Assembly: GCA_030264375.1 (NCBI GenBank)
Contig: JASCQW010000122.1
Location: forward strand, 22,960,517 to 23,024,516
Direction of reading: 5' to 3'
From: Carcharhinus longimanus
Taxonomy: Eukaryota
Length of the DNA stretch: 64,000 nucleotides
The stretch's first letter is position 1. Every line of letters starts with the position of its first letter. The notes beneath the pieces are model-generated. The model saw only the letters and a list, made by a program, of their open reading frames with translations, did no database searches and had not been told where the DNA came from. Of this stretch, positions 50,455 through 63,030 are shown piece by piece. Position numbers and translations under genes: made by a program.

Positions 50455-50890
50455 TAGCTGTGACTCAGTGGGTAATAATTTCACCTGGAGTCAGAAAGTT
50501 GCAGATTGCAGAGAGTCAAGTCAAAAGTCTAGGCTAACTCTTCAATACAGATAGTATCACAGGAGTGCCCCACAGCCTGAGGTGCCATTATTCAACTGAG
50601 CTGTCAAACCAAGGCTCCATCATGCCTCACAAGGGAGATAAAACATGTAATTTCACTAGTTACAGAAAAGGGGTGGACGAGTTTTCCCCAGTGCCCTGGC
50701 CAAAACACCCACACAGCATCATTGTTCTTGGTGTGCAAATTGGACTGATATTAATGTGGGAGCTTGCTGTGCATAAAATGGTTTCCATATTTGCCTACAT
50801 ACAGTTATCACCTTTCAAAGTAATGCAATGGTTGGAAAGAGCTTTGAGCTTTCTAGAACATGTTAGACATGCTATAAAGCTGCAAGTTTC
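50455..50890 (+). mobile_element. Old Deu-domain SINE copy
   Basis: agctgtgactcagtgggtaa...gagtcagaaagttg, gaggtgccatt...aaaccaaggctccatc, gtgggagcttgctgtgcataaaatgg, gctataaagctgcaagtt. Confidence 0.65.
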
Positions 50891-51411
50891 CCTCCTGCTT
50901 CACAGCAGCAATAATTCAAGAGGAACTACATACTTTGGTTTGTAGGAAGTTTGTTATTGCTGCATTATTTTCAGGAAAGATTTGGTGAAGTAGCATTTCC
51001 AGCTCTTCATACATATGAAATTCTTCTCTTTGCCACAGTCATTCACATCAGCTAGTAAAGTGTGCTGAACAACTCCAGATTCAAAAGTATACCTAGCCAG
51101 TCTTAAAGATTATTATTTTTGGGCTATCAAATATTTCAATGGTTTAAAGGGGGAAAAAAAAGCCTATACATCAAAAAATCTCATACATGACAAGAAATCC
51201 AATTCTCAAAGAACAACTCATACCACCCTCGAATAAAAAGAAACACAGGCAGCATATGCAACACCACAACCTGAAAGCATTATCACATAGCTCCAGGTTT
51301 GCATGGTACTGAATTACTAATCTTAGCTGTGCTGTTACAGACAAGCACAAAGCAAATGTGAAGTGTTTCCCCTCGAAGGAGGGGGAGGGTAACTGACTTG
51401 ACAACAATGGT

Positions 51412-51545
51412 AAAGGCAAAATACTGCAGATGCTGAAATCTGAAACAAAAGCAGAAAATGCTGGAAAACCTCAGCAGGTCTGACAGCATCTGTGGAGAGA
51501 GAATACAGCCAATATTTCAAGTCGGGATGACCCTTCATCAGAGCA
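51412..51545 (-). mobile_element. Short high-copy shark repeat (same family as 32015-32145)
   Basis: gcaaaatactgcagatgctgaaatctgaaacaaaagcagaaaatgctggaaaacctcagcaggtctgacagcatctgtggagagag. Confidence 0.7.
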
Positions 51546-51864
51546 ACAATATCGTCTCTCGCACCTTCTAGTAGCTAGCTGAAGAGCAAAACCTAGTTTG
51601 TTCACTCTATCTTCCTGGCTTCGGGTTGTGCACGTGGCTCCAGGCACCCCAAAGTGGAAGGGGAAGGGGAAGGAACCAAGATTAAAATTTAGCACAGCTT
51701 TCCAAAACAGTTTGAAAACACAATGACTGCAAAGTATTTACAGTAGAAACAAAAACTGCTTTCTACTTTCTCAAACAGAAGGTAGCAACTATTCATGATT
51801 TCTTAATGCTTTGAATCAAACTTTCAAAGAGCTTTCAAAACAACAATGTATATTTACTATGTAT

Positions 51865-52540
51865 TACATTAAAGCTGCAATATACTAAGGTGCTTCACAA
51901 GAAACTCAGCTGAAGAGAAAGGTTCTAAGGGGAATGCCTTAAAGAAGGTAGAAAGGCAGATAGGTATATGGACAGCATTCCAGGATTGAGGCTTGCCAAT
52001 TCAAGGCCCAACCACCAAGTGTTAAAATTGGTAATGCTCAGGCGACGGTGCAGAGGGACCTCGGGGTCCTTGTGCATGAGTCGCAAAAACCCAGCTTGCA
52101 GGTGCAGCAGGTGNNNNNNNNNNNNNNNNNNNNNNNNNNNNNNNNNNNNNNNNNNNNNNNNNNNNNNNNNNNNNNNNNNNNNNNNNNNNNNNNNNNNNNN
52201 NNNNNNNNNNNNNGGAATGTGGAACTGAGCCATGACAGGTCAGCCATGATCTTATTGAATGGCGGGGCAGGCTCGAAGAGCTAGACGGCCTACTCCTGCT
52301 CCTATTTCTTACATTCTTATGTTCTAGGTGACAAATAGAGCACAACCATTTTGGAGGGCTGTGGAGCTGGAGAAGACAGAGACAGGGAGGGATGAAGCCA
52401 TGACGGAATTTAGAAACAAAAATCAGGGCACTGCTTCACCGGGAAGCAAAGTAAGTCAACGAGCAGAGGGATGATAGGTGAATAGGGCCTGGACAAGTTT
52501 AAACATGGCCACCAGAGTTTTGGATGACTTCAGGTTTATG
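51865..52540 (-). mobile_element. Old L2 LINE 3' region interrupted by a CR1
   Basis: ctaaggtgcttcaca, gagacagggagggatgaagccatgacggaatttag and cagagttttggatgacttcaggtttatgg resemble reversed L2 3' ORF2. Confidence 0.65.
52040..52325 (+). mobile_element. Young CR1 (near-identical to 213-582), middle in gap
   Basis: QRDLGVLVHESQKPSLQVQQV, and tail gacggcctactcctgctcctatttcttacattcttatgttct. Confidence 0.92.
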
Positions 52541-52544
52541 GCGA

Positions 52545-53905
52545 TCACGTTTTCTTAATCTTAACATAAAAGCTGGGCGTATTAATCTTGAAGGGACAGA
52601 TTGTGTCCTGTTTGAGGCCTGAACCCTGGCCAGTAATCATGCGCTTTCATAATTTTGGTCGTAGTTGTTTCAAGGAGGCTGGAAAACGTCTGAAAGCTAT
52701 CTGAATGCAGGTTGCCCTGCTTTATCCTGCTACCCTGAGGGTGACATCTGATGGATTCTTAAGGCTGCTCAACAACCTTACTAAGGCTTTGGCTTCTTAC
52801 CATGGATGTCAATTTGGAATCATAATCTGTAGTTCATTGGTAATCTTGGACATTAACCCTGGTCATTACACTCCTTTTTTGTTTTGTGACACTACTTATC
52901 ATGTTGACAGGGGCCATCAAGTATCTGAGCACTGGGGCAAATTTTGCTCACTGTTTTCTGAAAACCAAGACCATCCATTTGTTTAAAATGGAATGCATCC
53001 CTCAACATGTTTCTTTAATTATTCCAAGTTTAAGACACAGATTTCATCTTACTCTATCTTTGTCGTGCCTTTGGGGTGACACATGGTGATTATCTGCATT
53101 GCTTTAGGCTCTGTGCTAAAACTGAATCCTAATGGTTTAATATCCTCAAACAGCACGAGTGTGTTGGAATGGGTTGTATGGCAACAGGGCTGTGAGATAT
53201 TTATCCATGTTTTCCTCTTACAATTCTTGCATTTACTACACCATATCCTTCGGTTTTGTCATAATTAATACAAGTATTTCCACTGTGGGGTGGTGGGTGA
53301 ATGGTTTGGGTAGAGATCGTGGGTATGGCCCAACAAGTCCTCACAGCTGGTGAGGAAAACCCCCTTTGAACTACTGGTGTTTTGCATTTTTTTCATGTAT
53401 TGTTATTTTGGGGTCAAAGAATCACTAACTGGCACATATCCTGGGAAAACACGTTTTGTATCAATGGCACACTGATATAGCTGAATATGGGGGGAAAATG
53501 TGCTTTGGTATGCACCCAAGCATGGCATGAGAATCTTTCGCTGATCAGCCTTTTCTGTACTGTCTCAATATCCTGTATTCTCCTTAGTTGAATACACAGT
53601 TGCAGTAGCGACTTTGAAAATCCTGGAGTCTAAATTACGTGGCTCTGTCTCTAGTATCCTGTAAGTGAGGTTGTACACCATACTCGTGGCTTTATCTTGT
53701 TATCCTGTTCTCCCCCAAATCTCTGAAATTTATAATTTGTGTCTTTGGGGGCATTGTTGGTAATGAATAATCTGAATCAACTGTGTTGGTGCTCTTTCTG
53801 TAATATATATGTGGAAAATTTATGCTGTACTGTACCATTGCTTGAGGATGTGTCACGTTGTTATAAAAATGGGAAAATCTTCAATAAAAATATATTTTTA
53901 AAAAA
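52545..53905 (+). mobile_element. Internally deleted L1-like element (ORF1 remnants, degenerate body, polyA end)
   Basis: PWPVIMRFHNF (~52624-52656) and ALLYPATLRVT (~52714-52746) resemble fish-type L1 ORF1p motifs. T-rich 3' UTR ending ttcaataaaaatatatttttaaaaaa. Confidence 0.6.
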
Positions 53906-54900
53906 CCTCAGTGGTTGCAGACAGGTCAAGTCAGATGAGAAGACAAACTTTAACTTCACCATAGTCACCTAGGATATCATCCATGACTTTGATAAAGAAC
54001 CACTTCAGAGTTGTGATAGAAACCTGGTTAGAGGAATTTGAACATGGAGTTCAAGGAAAGATGAACAGAGATTTGGGAGACAACAATACATTCAAGGACT
54101 TTTGCAACAAAAGGGAAATTGTAGATGGGGTGGCCGTTCGCAAAGACAGTGGGGTCAAGGGTTGATTTTTTTTTGACAAAAAAGGTGATGACATTTAAAG
54201 ACCGGGAAGTGTGAAATGATATGGCCAGGAGAGAAAGTCTGATCAGCATGTTAGTGGCAATAAGATCAAAGGAACAGGAGTTGGGTCTTGTGGACTTGAT
54301 GTGCTCAGAGAGGGCATGAGCAGACCTGGGAAAGAAACAAGACAAAGGTGCAAGTTCAAGGCTGGGGAAGTGGGAGACATGGGAGGAATTTTGGTCAGGT
54401 GGGCTGTTCACAGAGAGTGACATAGCAGACACAACTTAACAGATGACCTTGATCTTCGTGACAACAGTGCACTCCAAGCACTTATTATTGGAGATAAGAT
54501 GGAGAGGGAGAGGGAGCGGGAGAGGGAGAGGGAGCGGGAGAGGGAGAGGGNNNNNNNNNNNNNNNNNNNNNNNNNNNNNNNNNNNNNNNNNNNNNNNNNN
54601 NNNNNNNNNNNNNNNNNNNNNNNNNNNNNNNNNNNNNNNNNNNNNNNNNNGGGAGAGGGAGCGGGAGAGGGAGCGGGAGAGGGAGCGGGAGAGGGAGCGG
54701 GAGAGGGAGCGGGAGCGGGAGCGGTGCTTGAAATGATGGTTGGCAGCAAAAAAGAAAGTAGCCAAGTGCTGTCTTTATCACCCTATGATGATCCTGGAAC
54801 TGCGACACGGATATGGAGGAAGGATCCAACAGTGCTTTCTGTGGTATAGTCTGGTCTGGCTACTACCACACATGATAAACTAAGTTGAGGGTTAACCCTC
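53906..54900 (-). mobile_element. L2 LINE RT-region relic
   Basis: KKSTLDPTVFANGHPIYNFPFVAKVLECIVVSQI corresponds to the L2 motif KKPTLDP..LANYRPISNLPFLSKVLE. Confidence 0.85.
54504..54722 (+). repeat. (GGGAGAGGGAGC)n G/purine-rich tandem repeat spanning a gap
   Basis: Perfect units on both sides of N 54551-54650, inside the L2 relic. Confidence 0.95.
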
Positions 54901-56299
54901 TATTTGAAAAATAATCTGTGTTGTTAAGCACCCATTTCACACAGATGAAACCCTTTCTAAATCTGCTTCTTCAACAGTCACCAGTACTGAAATGCTTTTG
55001 CCTATTCCTTTTCTTTCATCGCTCCTTCTTTGCATTGGCCAAGAAGTGGCTGTGAAATGATTGCGAAGCAAACCACAATGCATTATCAAATGTGCATCTC
55101 TAACTTTTGCAAACGAAACCCTAACTTTAAATTAGCACAATTCAACACAATGTTTTATACACAATCCCCATCATGTTTTTTGCGGTGATGGGGGGGTCGG
55201 GGGGGAGAGAAAAAAGAGAAGTGAGATAGGGACTGTGGAAGAATTCACATCTGTAAAAGCATTTTTTCTATTCAAAACAGCTGCATAATATCGAAGTTCC
55301 ATTTTTACTGAAATTTGCCCTGGAGAGGACTCTCTGCAATTCACTGCTCTGCTTCCCTCAGGGCCAATACTGGAGTGTTTCCAAGCTATAACACAGACAG
55401 GCGTTACATTACACTACCTCCTGCACCACCACAACTCTGTTGAATATACTTATTCAGATGTAGCTGAAAAAAATGTGAAGGCTGCAACAATCATTCAACT
55501 GTTACCACCCGGTCCTGGCCCCATTTTAGGGCCCCAAACTCCTGCCTGGGTAGTAGAATTTTTCACTAAATGATACTGAATACTTGAAGAATCACAATGG
55601 ACAGATACATTAAAGAGAGAATACTGGCTCAAAGATCTTTTCAAAGTGGCACTGAAATGGTAGTAATTAGGAGAGATTTTTCAACTAACTTTGGTGTTAC
55701 CTACAGGCTTGTTTTGTTTACACTAAATTTCAGTTCCAACTTTCTTAAACTCTCATAAAAGGGTCTCTAGTCAACTGTCAATTTAAGCTCTTTTAAATGG
55801 AGTCTGATCTGACAAGTACTGGTGCTGATGACATATAAATGAATGTTTGCCAAGGACCTCTGTGTTCACCCTTGACCTCTGTCCTGTAGATCACATTAAG
55901 CTTGACATTATCTTACTGTCAACTCGATGGGAAGGAGTGTTTAAGATAAAGAGTGGAATCAGGCTAAGACAACAAGCTGAAATTGGAAAGAGCATGGACT
56001 GGACTTTCTTTACCAGCAACAAGATAGTAAATATTAAATGCTTCCTGCTTTCCATCAAAGACACCAAAACACAAACATCAAGTCTTCTATCTGCTGCTTT
56101 ACGACAAAAGTACAGTGGAAGTAAGTTGAGGTGGGCTATGATGCTAAAACAAAATGCCTTATTCATTCCACAGAGAAATAAACAGATTATCCAGTTGTTC
56201 CCATTATTTCTGCACTGCTACAAGACGTCAACTAATAGAACAAGAGCAAGCAATTCTAGATTCCCTAAGTCAGGACAATAATCAGGTCTTGCAAGAATT

Positions 56300-56480
56300 T
56301 GTTTTATTCGTTTTTGGAATAAGAACATCAGTGGTTAGGCCAGCATTTATTGCCGATCCTTAATGATGATCGAGGAGGTGGTGATAAACCACATTTTTGA
56401 ACCACTGGTATCTGAATAATAGGTACACCCACAGTACTTTAAGGAGGTATTCCAGATTATGACCTAGCAACAATGAAGAA
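56300..56480 (-). mobile_element. Decayed 3' tail of the CR1-group LINE family
   Basis: ggccagcatttattgccgatccttaat...gaggaggtggtgataaacc...ttttgaaccactg...aggtacacccacagtac. Confidence 0.65.
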
Positions 56481-57159
56481 CATCGATACACATCTGCACA
56501 TACAAGTGCCCAAAATTTCTAATCAATAGGCCTAATTTAAACGGATTCAACTCATGTGACATATAAACCTTCAATTCTCTTAAGTTAATCTCAAACACAA
56601 CTTTTTTTTTATAATCAAAAATACACATTCCAGGCAATTGCTTAATGTTTGCTACAGGTCTCATCATGACGGTCATTATTTCCTACTAGAGGGGGCAGGG
56701 GGTGGGATGCATGTGGTGGCGAGCACGATGAGCAAGTTACACAACTATTGTTTGGGCCGCTGTTAAATCTCATGTCATTTCCAAATAAAATACGCTTTGT
56801 GACACCAGGTGCAGCACCACAAGACAGGTCTGCACACAATATCTCAGTGATGATGGAAGTCTAGACATACTTGCATGTTTGTGCCCTTTATTCATTCCTT
56901 TACAAACTTTAAATCAGTGGCTCAAAGCCAAATCCTTGTTCTCAGTAGCAAATGAGAAGCAACTCAATGAAAATATTTTTTGAATTTGTCAAATGAAAGC
57001 ACTGAAGAGAACATAATTGAAATAAATAGCACTCCCTATTTCAGTGAATTTCAAAAATTNNNNNNNNNNNNNNNNNNNNNNNNNNNNNNNNNNNNNNNNN
57101 NNNNNNNNNNNNNNNNNNNNNNNNNNNNNNNNNNNNNNNNNNNNNNNNNNNNNNNNNNN

Positions 57160-57366
57160 GGAGAACATAGCCTTCTACTTAAACTAAAATCCTGGAACCC
57201 ACTGCCTACAGGAATGGTAAAACTAGAGACGAATAAGTTTGAGAGAAATAAACTTACAAGGCTAGAGGATAGGGCAGCAAAAGGACTGACTAGGTTGCTG
57301 TCTAGAGAACTAGCAGGAACTTGATGGGCCAAGTGGCTGCATTCTGTGCCATAATGACTCTATGAT
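57160..57366 (+). mobile_element. CR1 3' fragment
   Basis: SWNPLP motif, and tail ttgatgggccaagtggctgcattctgtgccataatgactctatga. Confidence 0.7.
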
Positions 57367-59104
57367 GCTACAATGAAGGACCAGCACCAGACAGGAGAAC
57401 ATCAGCAAGCTTGAAAAAGTTGCATCTAGGCAGGAGTTTCAAAACTCTGAGAATGTTAAAGGATGGGGACCAAGGAACCTTAGCAGCTTCAGTTTTTGCA
57501 GTCCTTGAGACAAAAGGGGGAGAGAAAAGATGGAAACAAGTGGGTAATCATTGATCAGACAAGCTTCTCCTTGCACAGGATAACCAGAGCTGCTGGAAGT
57601 CTTTGAGACACAGAAAAGGCATTCAAATTTTGGATGGGCTCAGACTATTGAGGCAGTTAACTAATGAGATGAAAATATGTGGAGAGCCGAAAAGAGGAAA
57701 CCATGAAAGGAGGAAACAGTTTCTCCAGCAGCTGGAGCAATGGCATTGAGATGGAAGGTCTAATTGAGGTCATAGTTACTCAATGCCAAAACTGTTGATA
57801 GATGAAGAACTAGTGAAGAAGTCAAAGTTATCGAGTGACAGCTGTTGTTTAGACTTGAGAGATGTGTAGAAGAAACAATAACTTGAGGGCTAACAGCAGC
57901 TTCTATAACTTTATATGGGCAAATGGACTGAAATTAGAAAGCAGATGATTTTTCTGAGGGACAGGATGAATACTAGCAAACTTCGAGGGATCTAGGCAGA
58001 TGAATGGTAATTACAAGGGACTGAGGAAACAGTGCAAGACATGGGTCAGTGAGGGGAAAATTTTGAATCTTCTGAAAATATNNNNNNNNNNNNNNNNNNN
58101 NNNNNNNNNNNNNNNNNNNNNNNNNNNNNNNNNNNNNNNNNNNNNNNNNNNNNNNNNNNNNNNNNNNNNNNNNNNNNNNNNNNNNNNNNNNNNNNNNNNN
58201 NNNNNNNNNNNNNNNNNNNNNNAATAGAGCTGGAGAAATGCAAGCTGAAAAGGTCAGCTTTTATCTTTGAGAGTTAGCAATCACGACATTTGTATAGAAA
58301 TGGGGGGGGAAATAAATAAACGCAGAAGTTACAAGAGACAGCTTTACAAAAGGTGTGAAACTCTCTACAGTTCTTCGCTTCCACATTGCTTCAACAAAAA
58401 TCTAAATTAGCTTTACCATCAAAAGTTTGAAGCTGCCAAGAAAAATGGCCAAGTGCCACCAGCCATTCTATTTCATTTTTCTGTCCATACAGTGAATGAA
58501 CTAGCTATTCTGATCCACCTGAACAAAAAAAATTCTAAAAGGGAAGAGTTCTGAGCTCTCGTACTTACTTTTTGAACAAACAGCACATAACACTACTATA
58601 CCCCTCTACCACCCCCAAAAGTCCACTTTTTTGTCGCAGGGGGTCCAGAACAATTACAACAATTGCACTGGGGACGGTACAGGCAGAAATGTGAGCCATC
58701 ATCAGTCATGTCTTTTGTCATCTAAAATGCTTTCTCCCTGGTACTGAAGCAATCTTCCACCATGAACGGAGCTGCTGCCTGGAACGGATGTTCTAAATGT
58801 CCAGCCACTCCACAACGCGCTTCCACAGCTCAAGGGGCCACAGGGATTTAAATTCCTGATAACTCTGGATCTATAGTACTCTGCATACAAAAGATATAGC
58901 AAGATAGATAAGTTTTCTATTTTTCATTTAGATAAGTTGTAAATGGATATTACTGGAGCATAACTTTTGCACTTGTAGTGTAAGTTAAATTTATTTCTTC
59001 TAAATGCAAACACGAGGCCACTTTGAATAGAAGATTTCCAAATTAGCTTCAGATTTATAAGAGGCAAAGGATAACTCAAGAGTTTCAATCAAAGAGTGCA
59101 GCAC

Positions 59105-59960
59105 GCTAGGAGGACATTCGACCTTCCTAGTCCCAATGAGCTCTCTGTAAGAGCAAATTAGCTAGTCCCACTCCCCCACCTCACTCCTCCTTTCAAACTT
59201 TATCACTATACAATTCTTTGCATTAAATTTAATCTATCACATGTCTAGCCATTCCCTATCTTCACAATGGTTTCAAGTTTTGTGTCACCTGCAAAGTATG
59301 AAATTATAGCATGCACACCCAAGTTGAGATCATTAACAAAGATCAAGAAAAGTAGCAGTCCTACTACTGATCCCTTGGGAATCCCACTGCATATCTTCTT
59401 CCAGTCCATAACACAACTATTCATCACTACTCTGCCTCCAGTCTACCTTGCGGCCACCTTTCTATCCATGCTACAACTGTCCCTTTTATTCCACAGCCTC
59501 TAACTTTGCTGACAGGTCTGTTATGTGGCACTTCATCAAATGTCTTTTGAAAGTCCACGTACATCACATCAGCCACATGACCCTCATCAAAAGTTCACAC
59601 AAGTTAATTAAGCACTTAATTAATCCACATCTCTGCAAGTGAATGTTAATTTTGTTATGTATTATTGTTTCTAGAATGGTTTTCCCATTGCCAAGTTTAA
59701 ATGATATATAGTGGCGGTGCCTATCCTTTCCCCCACCCCAACTTTTAACAAGGTTATTAAACCCGCAATTCTCCAGTCCTCCAGCCATGTATCTAAGATA
59801 GATTGGAGGGTGCCTCTGCAATTTCCACCCTCACTCCCTCAGTGTCCTCAGATGCATCTAATCATGTCCTCGTGGCTTATCAACTGTTCAGCCTGCTCTT
59901 TAATACCACCTCTTTCTCATTATGCACTCATCCAATGTGTCATTATGTGCTGGGCAACAT
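59105..59960 (-). mobile_element. Old CR1 RT fragments
   Basis: SGIPKGSVVGLLLFLIFVNDL...ISYFAGDTKL matches the CR1 motif GVPQGSVLGPLLFLI.INDL...FADDTKL. Confidence 0.85.
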
Positions 59961-60289
59961 CTTCTACCAGAGACGGCGGGGAAGCGGGAAGTGGTGAATC
60001 AGGAGGTGAATGCACGGAAGGCAAGCACAAGAGAGAACAGTTGGAACTCATCTGCTCATAACCCATTCCAATGTCAACAGTATTCTAAAGCTATCTGTCC
60101 TATCCCATCATTCCAGCCACACATACACCTCCTCTATCCTTACTAGTGTGTAACACCAGAAGTAATCCAGCCATTATTCCCACTGGAGATCTTCCTTGCT
60201 AGGTTCTTTCCTAGCTTCCTAAAATCTGCCTGCAGGACCTCATCCCTCGTTTTACCCATGTCATTGGTACTGATGCAAGACCACAGATC

Positions 60290-60660
60290 ATGAGTAATAA
60301 GAACAGGTGAAGGACGTTCGGCCCCTCAAGCCTGTTCTACCATTCAACAGCATCATGACTAATCCAACATTCCTCACATACACTTTGCTGCCCTTTCACT
60401 GCAACTCTCAATTTCAAAATTCTATCTATCTCAGCCTTTAATATGCACAAGCGCTGGAAGCCTACCGCCCTGCCCGCCATGGAATCGGAGCAGGCCGGGG
60501 TGGACAATAGAAATATCTGTTGACCTCGGGTGGGAATTTCCGGTCTTGGTCAAGCGAGGTCATAAAATCCCATCGTGGACTCTGCCCCCACAGCTCTCTA
60601 TGGCAAGAAATTCCAAAGACTTTCATCCCTCAGCGAAGAAATTCCTCCTCATCTCAGGCC
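60290..60660 (-). mobile_element. CR1 3' fragment carrying a MITE insertion (60451-60573)
   Basis: CR1 sequence tctatctatctcagcctttaat is interrupted by gcgctggaagcctacc...cataaaatccca and resumes gactctgcccccacagctctc...gaaattccaaaga. Confidence 0.78.
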
Positions 60661-62479
60661 ATGGCTACTAGTTATTCAACCTTGCCCATCAGTATGTTCC
60701 GCAGCTGTTCAGATATCCTTTACCATGGTGCCAGGGCAGCAACATATCATTTTGGATTCACCCGCCTGTTCCCATGTGTATAGAAATACCCATCACTGTT
60801 GCTTTCCCCATTCTTCCCCTGCACACCACCCCCCCCCGCCCCCAAAACAACTGGTCTTGAAACACTCAGTCATAGCGATATGTATTATACTGCATTTTTG
60901 ATCTTTGCACGTAATCTCTTTGAAAAGTAAGGGAGAGACATTTAATGATGCATTCTCCCCTCATGAAGCAAACAAGACACACTCAGCCAGCCAAGAATGG
61001 TTGAGGAAACTGGATCAGGCAGAGGGCAGAAAAGGCAGGGAAACTGTCAAGCTTGGAAAAGAATATCAGCTGTGGCCGAGAACATACGATACCTGGCCCA
61101 CGTTTCCACTCCAAACCTATTTCATCACTCACCATCAAACTTTCCCAGGCCACTCTCATGCAGGATGAAGGCACAGGCTGCTGCGGCTCATCTTACCAAG
61201 TGCCCCTTCACCACATGACCTTCCAAATTACCCACTAGCTTTGGCTTGACACTAATTGGTAAACCTGCTGAACCATATTGAGGCAAACAAAAAGACACCT
61301 GGAGTTCTGTCAAAACATGCCGTCAGTGAAAACTGAACAATTTAAATAGGCTCAGACCAGCCCCACAACAGCCTGGGCAAAAAAAAAGGGGGCAAGTATA
61401 ATCTGCAGAAAAACAAAGGCTCAGAAAGAAGAAATTCTAGAATCCTCTGCTTGTATACAGAATATACAATATGAAAATCAGTTTAAATCTAAGAATTGAA
61501 AAGAATGTGCATTTGTACTCAGTCACTGGCAAGCTCCTTTACAATTGAAGGATCTCTGCGACCAAGTTTTCTACAATAAGGCCCGGCTTTGAGTAGCTTT
61601 GCGAAATAGCAGATCAAATTTCACATTAACGTGGGACTGCAGGCAAGTAACTAAAATATAGAATTCCAGGTCCGTGCCATTGTCTGAATTTTGAGATTTA
61701 TCCGAGAATTTGCTGCTTAAAAACTTAATCTGTGATGCTTCATGTATGTTTATTAAGGCTTGAACAGCAATCCAAAACTTCACAATAATTCATTTTGGAC
61801 TAAAATAATAGCATATTGGAATACAATCTAGCTTGTAAGATTGCAACTAATTGCCTAAGAGCCCTCAGAAGAGCCAAGTTGCTGCAAGAAGGAAGTCTAT
61901 AAAATAGATCAATTCACTTCCCATACAAGCCTTTCACCAGAGCCAGTCCAAGGTCCAGAAGGTGTACGCCTACATTAACTGCCTGTTCTTTTCCAAAGCA
62001 GAAAGTCCTTACTGCTCATAACTATGCAATAACCCCTGCTCTGAGGTGTTCATCCATGATCGATGCAGTATGAGAACCATTTGTTATTAAATTAAAAAAC
62101 ACAAAAAGGCCAAGCTGGGCACACAGAATTTATGTTCCGTTTACTTGATTTGTGAAAAACACCCAGCTGTGTGATTACAGATTCCGTCTCAAATGTGCAT
62201 TGGCTATAGACAGCAACCCGAGCTGCATACAGCCAACTCCGCTACACTCAAAGATGCTTAATTTCAATACACTGAACATTCAAATGTGTTTTGGAGCAAA
62301 AATAGACTTTAATCATCAACATAGATTGGTGACACTACAACCAAGTATTGCAATTTAGTAATCTGTTAGCAAGTGGCAATGAGCAACACACTATGTTGAC
62401 AATTAATACTAACAGTGTTGTACCATCAATTGACCCCACTGTCTCTAAATTGTCAGACTTTTATTCAACATACAATGTT

Positions 62480-63030
62480 ACAGCAACGCTAAGTCCAATA
62501 CTACACCATCACTAAGGCCATTATTTCCACCTCTGTATTGTCCCCTGCCTCAACTCATCCACTGCTGAAACACTCATTTGTGCCTTTCTTACCCCTGAAC
62601 TTGGTTACACTCCTGGCTAGCTGCCCATGTTCTAAGTTCCATTAGCTAGAGGTCATCTAAAACTCTGCCTAACTTGCACCATGTACCATTACAACCACCT
62701 ACTTAAGGGCAGCTGGAGATGGACAACAAATGCTGGCCTTGCCAGTGACACACATATCCCATGAAAGAATAAAAAAATTCTCCCAGTGCTCCCTAAACTA
62801 CACTGGCTCCTGGTTTAGTAGCATCTCAATTTTAACATTTTTATCCTGGTTTTCAAATTCTTCCATGGCCTTGTCCAGCCTGAGCTCTGATCTCTTTGGC
62901 TGAGATTTTGGTCATCTGCCCCAATTAGCACCTTGTGTGGCCCTGCGCCAAATTTTGTTTCACAATGCCCCGTGAAGCAATTTGGCATGATTTACTACAT
63001 TGACAGGTGCTATGTGCAAGCTGTAGGAGT
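62480..63030 (+). mobile_element. L2 3' relic with a CR1-group tail inserted at ~62690-62777
   Basis: ctgctgaaacactcatttgtgccttt...gaggtcatctaaaactctgc, L2 tail gtgaagcaatttgg...tactacattgacaggtgctat, and insert caaatgctggccttgccagtgacacacatatcccatgaaagaataaaaaaa. Confidence 0.75.

Noticed and set aside
300-52325. Segmental duplication suggested by near-identical 300-582 and 52040-52325 (and inverted 34790-35093)
   Set aside because: Independent insertions of one young CR1 subfamily. The flanks are unrelated, and the shared 100-N gaps reflect collapse of a high-copy repeat.
54436-54849. ER/PL/GEGA/SR repeat proteins
   Set aside because: Translations of a 12-bp microsatellite plus gap.
55847-58902. 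ORFs 55847-56281 (144 aa) and 58702-58902
   Set aside because: No recognisable domain or convincing splice context. Consistent with chance ORFs in intronic DNA.
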